NCBI GenBank assembly: GCA_051362555.1
Contig: CM120642.1
Coordinates: 25,048,001 to 25,112,000 of the forward strand
Length of the DNA: 64,000 nt
Direction of reading: 5' to 3'
Origin: Lingula anatina
Lineage: Eukaryota > Animalia > Brachiopoda
Numbering within the stretch: the stretch's first letter is position 1; each line of letters opens with the position of its first letter. Position numbers and translations under genes: made by a program. The notes under the pieces were generated by a model, which was not told where the DNA came from, made no database searches, and saw nothing but the letters and a program-made list of their open reading frames with translations. This document shows, one piece after another, positions 13,758 through 26,530 of this stretch.

Positions 13758-15384
13758 ATGGCGGAAGGAGGCGGACTTAGATGTGATATAGCGAATATTC
13801 CTGGTGCAGAAAATATACCGTGCGGACTCAGTATTCCTTACAAATACCACACGAGCTGTGTTTTGCTTAGGGAGTGTACCAGAGACGTTAAAAACCACTT
13901 AAAAACCTGAAAGTGCTTCATGTCCAGAAACAAGCTACAGATAAAAAGGAGCTTATTCTTCAAAGCCTTCAAAAGGCTCGGCCATTTCGACTTTGACCCC
14001 GAGAGTGAACTACTCAACTTATGTCCAGCACACAGGTTTCGTTTAGGGACGAACTGGACTACGTCCACAAAGTGGCAGCACCCACTTCTCAAAGGGAAAG
14101 GGAAACCCTCTTCTTACCAAGCAATTGGCGTCGAGATTTCCAAGGAGCTGAAACTAAATTTTGGTGTGTTGGTCCCAGTAGGGTCATGTAAGTATATTGG
14201 CTATATCAGCTAATTGTAGTTTACCAACAATGGAAAAAGCATAACAAATTTTAAAACTCACCCAGTTTATATCTACACTATACAATGATAGGAGATCTTG
14301 TAGCATATTTTTTATACAAAATTATTGAGAAATGGAACATTTATATTAGAGTAACTCACTTGCATGTATTCAATGATTGTTTGTGCACATATATTATGAA
14401 ACAATTTTTATTAATATTGTAGAAATTTAAGTAGTATATTTGGCTGATACTAAGTTGAAAGGTGATACCATTCTTTTTTTCAGCTCTTTGTAAAAGGTGT
14501 AAAGAGAAAGAGACTGCTCGTCAAGGGGGCGTCTCGATAGTCTGAAGGTTCATTGGTCCGAAGGAATCAAGGGTTCATTGGCCCGAAGGTTCTATAGTGA
14601 CTATTGAACATTCGGACTATTGCTACGGCCCCCTTGTCACCATGAGAAGTATACAGCAACTAAAGATACAACTGTGGCTTCTATGTCTAAACTTTCTTCA
14701 GCCCAAGAAGAAACTGAAGTAAGTTATAATATTATTTCCATGCACAGTTTTAGCAATACTGTAATTATTAAGGTGCACACTACTGATATAAATATATAGC
14801 AGTTCCTCCACTGTTCTCATATTGAAGTAGAGATTTTATAAATCACTCAGTTTGTTTTTACATTGTTAAAGTACAGAGTTTATTTGTAAATCAGGACTTT
14901 GAGTCTAGTGACCATTAGATGGTTTATTGAAGATTTGATGTGAAAAGCTTCTTTTGTTGAGGTACACTAATTCTTTTTTCACCTCTCCGATTATTAAGGT
15001 TACAATAACTGAAGATCCTCTTTTTTCAGCATGCAAGGTTAGACATGCCAGTGTCAGGCAGCAGCAGCAATGGCAGCTCACAAAGTAGTGGGAGTACAGA
15101 CCTTGAAGCTTCTTGGGTCTCTACACCTGTAAAGAACCAGGACCTGGGGAATTTGAATAATTTTCTTGTTCGTGGTGGGTTTGAACCAGCCATAGGTCAA
15201 CTTAAATCTAGCTATGACACTGCTGCCCCAAGAACGAGAAGGCATCAACTTGGTTCTGAACTGTTTGTCACCTGGTCAGGAAGCTGTCTGGAGATATATT
15301 CAGAAAGCTGATGAGGAAACCAGTACCATCAAAGCACTGATAGCCTGTTATGAAAGTGCAGATTCAAGAAAACTAAACGCATAA
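13758..15384 (+). pseudogene. Spliced, truncated transposase-like pseudogene of the long-TIR element
   Basis: Exon ~13758-14187 (MAEGGGLRC..KNHLKT*KCF..LCPAHRFRLGTNW..HP..GVLVPVGS, internal TGA). Exon 14484-14718 (LCKRCKEK.., interrupted by a 112-bp insert). Exon from 15030 (..LNNFLVRGGFEP..AAPRTRRH, frameshift, LVLNCLSPGQEAVW..ALIACYESADS..*). Splice phases are consistent; no catalytic core is visible. Confidence 0.65.
14524..14635. mobile_element. 112-bp mini-element nested in the transposase exon
   Basis: Imperfect terminal IR (GGGGGCGTCTCGATAGTCTGAA / TTCGGACTATTGCTACGGCCCCC), internal GGTTCATTGG(T/C)CCGAAGG repeats, flanking GTCA duplication. Its removal restores the reading frame. Confidence 0.7.
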
Positions 15385-16516
15385 GTCTGCCGCTGTATAT
15401 GTATTTGTGCAAGACGTTTTTGGTCTAATGAAAGGCTCTACAGTGCATTTTTATTGGTGCTTTATTTTTCTTAATTTTCAAAATTACAATAAAATATATA
15501 TTATTATCTTTAAGCAATCTGATTTTCTTTGAATGAGAAATGGAAATGAATAAAAACAGATATCATCCACCTGAAATGAGTGCTTCAATAATAATTTTTA
15601 AAAATGAAAAGTTACATAAAAAGTACGACCTTGCTCCATAGATAAAAATATAATATGGATAATCATACACTGTGGAGCATTACATATATTTTTTAAGGGG
15701 ATGCTGATATTACATGCTTACATTACATTCTGCATCAGCCATATGGCTTGTTCCCAATGAAAATATTATCCCACATAGATCAATCCAACTCCCCAGATAA
15801 ACAGATTTTAAAAACACGAAAAATAACCAATGAGTTGCTGAACACTCAGTCATGCATCCTTGTTGAACAGTTTCTTCTTTGTTTTTTATTCATCATTTCT
15901 TATGAGACTTCAAGGGGAGCAATTTTTTTTTCACATTTGTCCTTGCCTGCTTGTGCTGAATAAAGAAGCCTGTCTGTTCAGATAAAGCTGGTATCACTAT
16001 GGACAAAATGTAGGAGCACAGTGGTAGCACCCAACAACATCTAAACTAATATTTCTCCAAAGCTGTCCATGTTTGTTTTCAGCTGGCAGACAGATTTATC
16101 TAGCAGAAATATAACTGCAGCCCCGTTCTAACTGGCTTTCTCCACTCAGTTGATCTGAAAAACAAAATGAAAATATAGTTTTACAAGTATATCCTTGCTT
16201 ATAATTTTCTGGAAACTATGAAATTTACCCAGATGAAAGGCTTTCTATAAGCAAGGTCCTATCTACTGTAGCAATGATAAAAGCCACCTTTCAAGCTAAT
16301 TATTACAACAATCATCAATGATATTGAAACAAACATTGATTGTAATACTTAACAACAATATTTTTCAAAGAGAAACGTATATAATCATATAAAAAGCCAA
16401 ATGAAGTTTTTTTTCAATAAAACTAATAAGCCATATAAAGGATGATGCTAAGGCAAAGGCAGGGCACAGAATCTTATTTACCTCGTACCCCATGCCTAGT
16501 GACTGGGGCGAACAAA

Positions 16517-16869
16517 CCTTGGAAATCTAGACACCAGTCGCTTGGTTAGCAAAGGATTTTCCTTTCTTTGTGTGAAGTGGGTGTTGGCACTCTCTGGATT
16601 GAGTCTATTCCGTCCCTAGTCGAAATATACCGTTAAGCTCAGTAGCTCACACTCGCGTCTGAAGAATGGGCTCCCTATCATTGTGTCCTGGTTTGACCCT
16701 GGACACAAAGCACATTCAGACTTTGTAAATGATTCTCAACATGTCTGGTTCACTCCCCAAGCAAGATACAACTCGTATGATATTTGTAGACATGTTTAAG
16801 TCCGCATGCTATCTTTTCTGCATCAAAAATATTGACTTCTCACACTCGACGTCCACATCTTTCCGCCAT
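16517..16869 (-). pseudogene. Decayed paralogous copy of the transposase 5' end on the right arm of the element
   Basis: Reverse strand reads CAACATGGCGGAA..TGCAGAAAA..TACAAATATCATACGAGTTGTATCTTGCTT..CACCCACTTC..AGATTTCCAAGG, collinear with 13754-14144 but diverged, with stops and indels. Confidence 0.6.
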
Positions 16870-19800
16870 GTTGATTGTGAAGACGCACGCAGAGCTATGG
16901 ACGTAAACGACAGTTTCGAAATATTTTCTTTATCCTCTAATCGTTACAATAACGTTAATAAAACTTTAAGAATACTTTCTTTCATATTAATATAAATAAA
17001 AAGTACTATTTATAAAAATGAGACGCATTTGAACGGTACTGTGGACCGGAATCACTGTATAACTCACCACTCATACCCCTCATTCTAGACGTCCACCCCA
17101 ACGTATCCTGACGAGGTGCAGTATTTTTTATTGCGTAATTACAAAGCTCAAGACCTTAACTGTTCAAAAATCGCCTTATTTTATTCATATTCGACGCCGT
17201 GTTAGGCTAAATTTGCCAATCGGCGAGTGCTGATTTTTGACCTTGATTTTGTACCCTCTTTTCACGGGCCAAATTCGTTACTATAGCAACGTGATTGACA
17301 TTTTAGTCACACATCACCCGAAAGGTCTTGGCATGGACCCTTAGAAAAAGGGAATAGTTAAAGCTGAAATGTTAAATCCTTCATGGAATTCTCAAGCAAA
17401 CTTCCACTACTTTTGTTACGATATTTTGTGTAGTCAGGACCCCCAAATTTCAGATGGCAATATCTATTTTTTCCAGAATTTTCAGAATTTTTTTGAAGTG
17501 TGTTTTCAACATCTTTTGTAACAGTTATCAAACACAGAAAATTTGGGTTGAATCTGTTGACCCCCACCTTGCCGCTATTTGGTTGATTCTCTCGTGAAAT
17601 GGCACTTAAAATTATTCTTGCCATTATAAATAGCAATAATAGTGGCATTTGCCTTTTTTGTTTTATTATTATTATTATTATTTTAATGCTTATTAATATG
17701 AATTTCCTGTTCTTCTTATAAGAAGATTAATAAAAAATATTTACCAGACATAGTCATTGTGCACTTATATTTACCATCTGACAATAACTTAAATAGAATA
17801 GCATTAGCAGTCTCTTGAAAATATATTTCAACATCCTAGTGAGCATGATATATTTGCATCAGACTGTGACTTACATTTAACAACTAACCAAATCATCAGG
17901 TGGTCAGTCCATCTAGGTCATTACCTAGTGAAATGTGTCAGTACGAGATTGCAACATTGGTTAGTTGCTAAGTGTAAGTTCCGGAATTTGATTTATATAT
18001 ATTTCTGATTCTAATCCTGCTTTATGACTGAAAACAGTCACTCACATGATCTATTGGAAGAAATATTTTTGCCTTTCTTACTAAAATGGTAATCTATGTG
18101 AATATGCAATGTGAAGACTACAAAACCAGTTTCTGGTATTGAAATGTATCATTTGTCAGCATATTCTCAGTATACTGCACTTGTAACTGTACTTGGGTAT
18201 GGAATTTGCTAGTCACTTTATACATTAGCTGAAGAACATTTTGATTGATTGCCAGTGCATTATAATCTAGTGCTTTCCTCCATCTCATAGATGATTCACA
18301 TTTCTGTCAATTTTTATTACTAGAAGCAAAAAAGTTTGAGTGTGTTAGGTGTTACAAGTACACATCCATGATTGTGTCTCACCTAACACAATAATTCATA
18401 TGAAATAAGAAATTTATTCATTGAGCTATAGTGTCCACTTATTAATTAATGAATTTATATATATTTATTTGATGTGTGATGAGAGAGAGGAAAAAGGTAA
18501 ATAAAGCTGTCTGTTACATATGCTTTGCGTACGTATTACAAGGTCAAATAAAAGTTTCATAGAACTGAAAGCAAGTGAGACTGGATATTTTATTAGACCC
18601 CCACCCCCCCACTCCCCAAATTGTTGCTTATGAAGCTTCATTAAGGTTATGATTTATAACAAGGCAGATACAGGGGTATGTGGTGGCATGAAATAAAAAA
18701 AAACACAAGTAATTTGTTTTCTGTCAGCTAGATATGGGTTAAATCAAGAATCATTTGCAAAGGTCTGCACGCTACACCTTCATATTTTAATGGATGTTTA
18801 GTCCTTGTGCAGTTGAAAAGCAGTAGCTCAAGTGTACACCAGTGATTAGATTTGCTCTGATTTATGCAGTGCTTTACAACCAGTTATGTTTCACATCATA
18901 CTTGAACTTGCCTGCTTGCTTCCATATGTCCATTTGGTCCATTACCAGCACTTAGTGTGAATTATGTATAAACCATTTGCCTGAGTGTAATTTTAAGGTC
19001 AGTCACTGGGAGTTAAAGGTTGCTGATTGAAAGACTCCGCATATTGCCAGGGAGAAATATATCAGGGACCTTTTGAACCAGATGCTAAGTACCCATAATC
19101 AACTGCTGCCTTCCAGCTTTGAGGTGAATTTCTTCCTACTGGAGTTCAGCAGAAGGGGGTCCATTATTAATGATATTGCTGTGAAAGTTTATTTATTTGG
19201 AAAATAAGGTATTATACAGTGTCACTGTGTGATGTTTTATGATAATTTTATAGTTTTGACAGTGCATTTTCGTATGTATATTTTGTTGTTATAAAATGAT
19301 ATTGATAGATAATTGATCCTTATATGTTGAGAATTACTCATAAGGAAGTCATATTAGATAGAATTGAGCACTTTAAAAAACACTGTCAGAGGGATATGCA
19401 TCAATTAATCATCTTTTAAAAAAACATCATTTGATTGTTGTTCTATATGAATTTTTGATGACATATGCCAACTACTATGAGATGCATTGGTTTTGACATG
19501 TTTCGTATTGAAGGAAATTGATATAATTTGGCCAGTTCTTTGGTGCTAGTATGTTGACTGTACTAGCATTTTACTTGCATTGCTTGCATTTACTAGCATT
19601 CTTTTGTTAGTATATCAAGGGCATGACCGTGGCATGTTCCTGAAGGCTTAATATTAGTAGCCCTTCAGTCTTGTAAAATGAGGATCTTAGTGGTTTATTG
19701 AACAGTTATTGACCTGGAGTCAGTGGTTATTTCTTATATTAACACTGGTTTATATTATTATATATAAGGTAACGTGTAAAATAAGTCAGTTAAATTATAT

Positions 19801-19953
19801 TCAAAACAACTGATTCAGAAAAGTGACACACTTGCTCTTAATTAAGTTTGCATTTTTGTAATAGTTGCATCATAAACATTATCTAGTTAGTTATTTATAA
19901 AAAACAGACACTTGATGGATTACATTTTTGTACATTATCCAGATGGCAGCTTT

Positions 19954-19955
<2 letters not shown>

Positions 19956-20001
<46 letters not shown>
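19956..20001. repeat. poly(A) tract
   Basis: ~46 consecutive A. Confidence 0.9.
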
Positions 20002-20009
<8 letters not shown>

Positions 20010-22464
20010 AAACAATTGATTAAAAAGGCACTTTTAAGGAGCACAATATTATGTCTGTATTCATTCATGGGTGAATCCCAGACAACTACAGTAAGCTTAG
20101 TCATTCACCTTGAGCATATAGGCTGGCTTGCATGGAATCAATAGACATTTGTATGGGTTCAATTCATTTTCCGTCATGATGTTATAATCATAATGGCAGT
20201 GTATGGACTCTCTCTAGGAGAGGTATTTCTTTTTTAAGTACCAAATTGCTTAAGAATCAAACATTTTATATTGATCTAAGGGAAGACAGTGATTTTTTTT
20301 TTTTTTTGGTTATAATGAAAATTAAAGTTTAAGTGCATAGTTCATTAATAATAATCCCTAGAATAACATCTGATTTGAAAACAAAAGCAATTGACAATAT
20401 TTATTTAAGAGGACCTCTGGTGTCATTGCATAGATTTGACAACTCTGCATGCAAAACATGTGTATTTTGCACACCCCGTACCTGGTGCCTACCAGTAGTA
20501 TGAAAATGTATTGTGCAAATATTATTGCATTGAAGAAGTGAAGTGCTGAGAGTCACTCAGTACTACTTAGGGATTTAGTAGGCAGTCTTGAAGAAGAAGT
20601 CCAAATTGAATACAGCATAAACAGTTTGCCTGCTGTGCTACTAGTAAGTATATTTCAAAATTTTCTGCATAGCATTCTAGATTAAGTGGGTGTGTCGGAC
20701 AAGAATGTACAATACGATGAATGTTAGAGGAAGAAACAACCTAATAGATATAATTAAGCTATTGTCATTTAAGATGTGCTAATCAATATTGAGCCAATAC
20801 CACAGGTTTGGATGCTTGTTCTATTATAAAATGTAATTGAATTTGAATATCATTGACTTAAATTTTATTTTGAAAGGTTATATTTTGTGGTTGTAGGTGT
20901 GCACAACAATGACATAAGCCACAATGTGGGGATAGTTTTGTGTCATGTTGTGTGCATCACAATGGCTGGTTTCTAAACTTTGGCACACCTTCTACCTGTT
21001 GGCACATTGACTGGATATATGTGGGTGTAGGAGTACAGCTAAATACCGTGAATTCAAAAATTCTATACACTCCTAGCCTGTGCCAAAAATGTGTAACCCC
21101 ACTGGCCTTTTAAGCCAAAAAAGGTTTTAGAATATAACTTGGCCGAAGCAGAAACAGTTGGTAGGGACTGTAAAAATTAACAAAAAATTTACTGGCTTGG
21201 CTTCAGTTTAACTGGTATTTACCCTAGGGCCAGTGCTAATATTTTAAACAGCACACCCTCTTCTGTACTGTACATTATGCATATGTTAGTCTGTCTACCA
21301 AAACTGGTAGCATACTGATACTTTGCATTAATCATACGAGCTTGTCTGCAAGTCTGCTAAGGGAGCAAGTTAGATATTAAAGACACAGGCAAAATACCCA
21401 GAAAAATATGTTGACTGCATGTGTCCTAAGTTGTAGTGATGCGTTTGTGCATTTGTTGGTGCACAATTACCATAAACCATTTCTTACATTGTTTAATCAT
21501 ATTTTATCCTCTGTTAAGTCTATTGTATTATACTGTACATTTTTTTCTGTAATATAAAGTACCTAATCACTGCAGCAGTGGTGTATCTGATTACAATTTA
21601 ACTTCCAATCTATCTGTCCATATTGTATAAGAAGCTAACATTGGGCTATCCTGAGGTTCAGAGGCTAAGGTGGACAGTATTGTTTACTAACTTCTCTCTT
21701 TGTCCACTGACCAGATAACCGGTCTGCTGGAACGAGAACCTCAAGGTTCTGTTGACTGGTGTTCATCTGGACTCGAAAATTGACACTGAACTCCTGTATG
21801 AAGCAGGGTGATCAAAATGTTTTTACACGCCCTGTACCAACTGACACACACTATATGCTACTGCACTGTATACTGTACCACATATATAAACATCAGCTGT
21901 GAAATTTTCAACCACCCTGTACTGAATGATTTTCACATTGGATGCGGGTGTAGCTATAGCTAAATGTTAAAGTGAACATCATCGTGTACATATGTGGCAA
22001 CAGTACTCCTGCAAGTAACATTAGGCTGATATAAGAGTAGTCTAGATCAGTATTACAAAGATGGGAACCACTAACTGCGGAGGATTTAGTACCTAACACT
22101 GCGACTGCCAGTGGGAGATAGATTAACATCATTATTCTAGGTAAGGTTGCTATTGATGATGTTGAACTGGATTTGATGTCGGCATGCATGGCAGGTACAC
22201 TGTGTTTTTATCGCAGGGAGAAGGACAATGACACGATTTATCATAATCACATAGAGGAAGCTTAGTTAGAAACTGATAATAGTGCATGGTATGAGGGCTT
22301 CATTGAAAGGGTATATATGTTTCATGTGACAGTACTAGTACTTACTGATGGGTCTGATGACTGAGTACATGTGTATAGGCTGGGGTTGTGACATTTATGC
22401 ATGTACTTCACGGTATTTACAGACATCTGTCTGGTGTATATAGATAGAAAGGTATTAGTATGTT

Positions 22465-22467
<3 letters not shown>

Positions 22468-22520
<53 letters not shown>
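22468..22520. repeat. (CT)n microsatellite
   Basis: Directly visible. Confidence 0.95.
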
Positions 22521-22526
<6 letters not shown>

Positions 22527-23003
22527 ACCCACATACAGAATATTGAAGACATGGAAAAAACAGTGGAGATGCTGAAGGTCCATATGACCTACACTACAAG
22601 AAATCTGCAGGTTCCCCCATTTCTGTGCTGGTCAGAACAAAATATTTTATAATTTCCTAGTAGTCTTTGTTTACATGTGATTTAGTATTATGTATTGTGT
22701 TTTCACACAAACCTTGCCAGTAAGAGGACCTATGATATCATATAATATATCTTGCAGGTCCTTTGGCATTTCAAGTGGTCATGATCAGTCGGACATGCAG
22801 TCTCCCCATGTCTGATAGATTGCACATACATACATGTATACTGTGTATACGCATGGTTGCTCTCATACGAGTGCTCTATTTTGTACCGTCATATTTCATA
22901 ATTTGCCATTTTCAAATTTAAACATATAATATTATCACATATTTATGATCATGTGCATGTTCCCACTAATACACACACACTCTCTCTCTGACACACATAC
23001 ATG

Positions 23004-23007
<4 letters not shown>

Positions 23008-23058
<51 letters not shown>
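23008..23058. repeat. (CA)n microsatellite
   Basis: Directly visible. Confidence 0.95.
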
Positions 23059-23061
<3 letters not shown>

Positions 23062-24123
23062 GTGACTTTTCAAAATTCTCCCACAGTCATCATCAATTTG
23101 CTTGTGAATCATCCAGTCCTTGTCTGGCTTCCTAGTCTTATATATTGTAGCCTGTATTATTGCTTTCTCATTACTCCCCCAAAAACCTACTTCTATATCC
23201 TATTGTTGAATATTTTCATTGTACACAATTGCAGTATAGGAAAACAGCCCCTGACGTGTTTAGAAACAGCTGTAGAGAGTATTAATTAATCAATACAGCA
23301 GCTTGTGTGTTCACCCCCTGACCAGTAAGCTACTGGCACTTAGCACTCAGCTGGTATGTATGTACACTATTTATATAACAGGTCAACAGTTGTTCTCTCA
23401 TCATTGCCATATCAAAGTATAGTTAATTGTATTTAATGTCTCATTAAGTATTTTAAATTGAATCAGTGACAGGGACAAGATATGGTAGTGCATCGTGACT
23501 TTTAAAAGGGTGGAGAAAATCAGGGTGTAAATTAATTGTGTGTTGTGGACCACAGTGTCATGAATTTGTTGTCTCCTGGATTGCAAATCAATCGCAATTA
23601 TTATTTGGAAAGGCAGATTATCAGCAAAGTCTTTCAGTGCTTGTGCCTATGACAAGTAAATGCTTGCACTAGTATGCTACAGAAGCTTTGCTAAGAGATC
23701 AGAAATAAAGATCTAGCATTCTAATAGATTGCATGATCAAAATGTTTTTAGATTTTTTGATTTAGCATTATATTTGTTTGCAAAAGCTGGTCGGTAACAC
23801 TACGAGTTGTCATAGAAATTCAGTTCTGTGATGTAATCATTACACATTGTGACTCACTTAAAATGATTTGCAGTTTGCAATTAAGAATAAAACACTGATG
23901 TCTCCTATGAATCATAGGGCATTAATTCTCTCAGTGAGATTTTTTTTACTCTCTTGTCATCTCACCTGTATCTGTATAATTAATTCATAGAAATTAAGAT
24001 CATTGAAGATGATATCATGTGTGACCTGATTTGAGTGCAATATGACTTTATGCTAGATCTCAAAAGAATGGGAATGCATGTATATCACAGATTGGATATG
24101 GTTGGACATAAAGCACAGATGGA

Positions 24124-24146
24124 TCTCTCTCTCTCTCTCTCTCTTT

Positions 24147-24183
<37 letters not shown>

Positions 24184-24200
24184 AATCAATCAATCAATCA
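24124..24200. repeat. Compound (CT)n(CA)n(ATCA)n microsatellite
   Basis: Directly visible. Confidence 0.9.
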
Positions 24201-24992
24201 GTTTTCAATCTATATTTTTAATCAGAAAAAAAGAAGAAGTCATTTTGAAAATGGAGATCTATAAAAAAAGATACTGTAGCTTGTGGAGAAGGACAGTTAG
24301 TAATAATGTTGCATATTATTACATGACCATTATCTCTAATCTTTGCACTACTCCTAGATACCCACTGGAAGTAACAGATGATTCATAACTATGGCAGTTA
24401 CTTGGTAAATTATTTCCAAAAACATAGTTTCTAATAGTTGAAAACAAATACCCTACAGTTGGTTCTTCAATCTTGTGTCTGATTGTTGCAAACAATAATA
24501 TTGGATATTAATAGTAATATTAGTGCATTGTTTTGAGGATTGGGATATTACTTTTTTTTTTAATTCAGTGACTGCTTATGGCATGCTGCATCATAAATGC
24601 AGGGTATATGTACAGATGTGTGTTATGCAAATCTCACGCATGTGTACACAAACTTATGGCAAAAGCAGTATTAATATATATTTAATGTACCTCATTATCT
24701 TCTAAGGCTGAGAGGCATGCATCAAACCTGTTTATTGACATGGATTTATGCACACTGGTTAGAAAGTTGCTTCAACTTCACATGCCCTTGTCATCTTTCA
24801 GTGGAGAATATGATATTTGCATTGATCTTTTGTCTCATTTCTTTACCTAACCCCTGCACAGACCATCCCCAGACTTGGGAATCCTGTTCAGGAACCACAA
24901 AATATATTGGGTGTATAAGTAAAGGAACACCCTAAAACCAATAGACTGATAGTGTATTAGGGAGCGTTTAGATAAATTCACCATAGATGGAT

Positions 24993-25204
24993 GGATCCAA
25001 CTCTGTGTGAGATTCTGCCTAAGTGCCATCACTGTAATCGTCTTGAATGTCTGACATGCTTCCCAAAGCTGCTAGGGGTAATTGAGCCAAACACACATGA
25101 AATTTAATTACCCCCTATTATTTAAAAAAATTATTCAAGGAGGTGTGTCAGACATTTAAGCTGAATGCAATTTAGGGAGAATTTCCTGCAGAGTTGGATC
25201 GATC
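24993..25204. mobile_element. Old foldback/MITE remnant (imperfect palindrome); related fragment at ~8090-8265
   Basis: Nested inverted pairs GATCCAACTCTG/CAGAGTTGGATC, AATGTCTGACA/TGTCAGACATT and TAGGGGTAATT/AATTACCCC; similar motifs near 8090-8265. Confidence 0.5.
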
Positions 25205-25616
25205 TGGCTAGAAGGATGTTTGAATCTGAATGTGGCCTTATAATGTCTTTTTCTTTCTATTAGGTTCATTGGTTGTCAGCCTTTGTGGTTTGAGACTCAG
25301 GGTAATACAGATGTCTGTCTAGCTTGTAGACATGGCTGGTTTATTCAGTTGTTTTCACTTGGCTGGTTTGTTTCTGCATTTCCAGTTGACTGAAGGTAAA
25401 AAAAGGAGTGCAAATGATAGAAGATGGGGTGAAATTTGATAGCAAGAATAAAGACGCCTAAGTTCTCATTTGAAATATTTGATATGAAGCAGCAACAATG
25501 GAGCCTGTTATTTTTTGTTCTGGCGACATGAAATCAGGATTTCTTAAGGAGTTCTTTCACTATATCATAATATTACAGCTTGAAAGAGAGTTCTGGGGAC
25601 CATCAGCTGAAAAGAA

Positions 25617-25619
<3 letters not shown>

Positions 25620-25677
<58 letters not shown>
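25620..25677. repeat. (CT)n microsatellite
   Basis: Directly visible. Confidence 0.95.
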
Positions 25678-25680
<3 letters not shown>

Positions 25681-26446
25681 GACATACACTATAGGTTAGA
25701 AACTAACTCAGAAAATGATAAGAAAGTACCTTTTATTGATCCAAGTTTAGGCCAACTTTGAAATATCATAATTTATAGGGAAATGCCCTGTGAAAGATAA
25801 TTGAATAGAATGCTTTAATTTAATACTGAGAGATTTTTTTTTACAGACGAGCAAGTTGATAGCAACTTAGATTTACGTCCTCTAAAAAAGTCAGTCCTGC
25901 ACAGGGGGTGTGCATATATATCCCGCCATGTAAGCTAAGCACACCAGTGTAATAAATAACATTGCCCATGTGATGTACTCCTCATCTGTCACTTCTCATA
26001 TTGCATTGAGTTGATGTCACTGTTTCAGCTTGAATGATTTGTGCCAGGCTTGTATTTTTTTATCAAGGGCAGTGAATGGGCTCAGTTGCTTCATCCCTCA
26101 GAAAACACTGGATAATTGGGCTCTGGTTTGTTAATCCCAAGTGCATCGGTTGTACTTGTATTGGCAGCAGACTTTTTAACTCAAGAACAAATAAAGGTTA
26201 GTGCAAGATGAGAACAAACTTCCCCTGTTTCTTGGCAAGAGGACTAGAACAAGTTGGATATTAGGTGGAATTGTTATTTGGAGGACATTTTTGGCTGGCT
26301 TTTTAAAAGGGATTTGGAATGGTACTAATAATTTTATTAATGTAGCTTTTTAGATTGGCAAAAGACAAACATTTTCTGTACCTGATTCATCTTTTGACAG
26401 CACATTTGCATTTTGGATAAAAGAAACAATCTATCCAATTAGCAAT

Positions 26447-26470
26447 CACACACACACACACACACACACA

Positions 26471-26529
<59 letters not shown>

Positions 26530-26530
26530 A
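26447..26530. repeat. Compound (CA)n(CT)n(CA)n microsatellite
   Basis: Directly visible. Confidence 0.95.

Larger units (their letters stand above)
13012..17605 (+). mobile_element. Non-autonomous DNA transposon with ~700-bp TIRs and TTAA target duplication (Sola3-like)
   Basis: TTAA|GTGCCATTTCACGAGAGAATCAACC ... GGTTGATTCTCTCGTGAAATGGCAC|TTAA. Near-identical inverted repeats at 13012-13722 and 16902-17605 (mirror ORFs 13059+ and 17358-). Decayed transposase-like gene inside. The family call rests on TTAA plus long TIRs and is not database-verified. Confidence 0.85.

Noticed and set aside
13713-13898. Paralogous ORFs 13713- and 16729+
   Set aside because: Antisense shadows of the transposase 5' exon and its right-arm copy.
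22322-25761. ORFs with [12 protein letters not shown] or RERERE runs
   Set aside because: Microsatellite translations.
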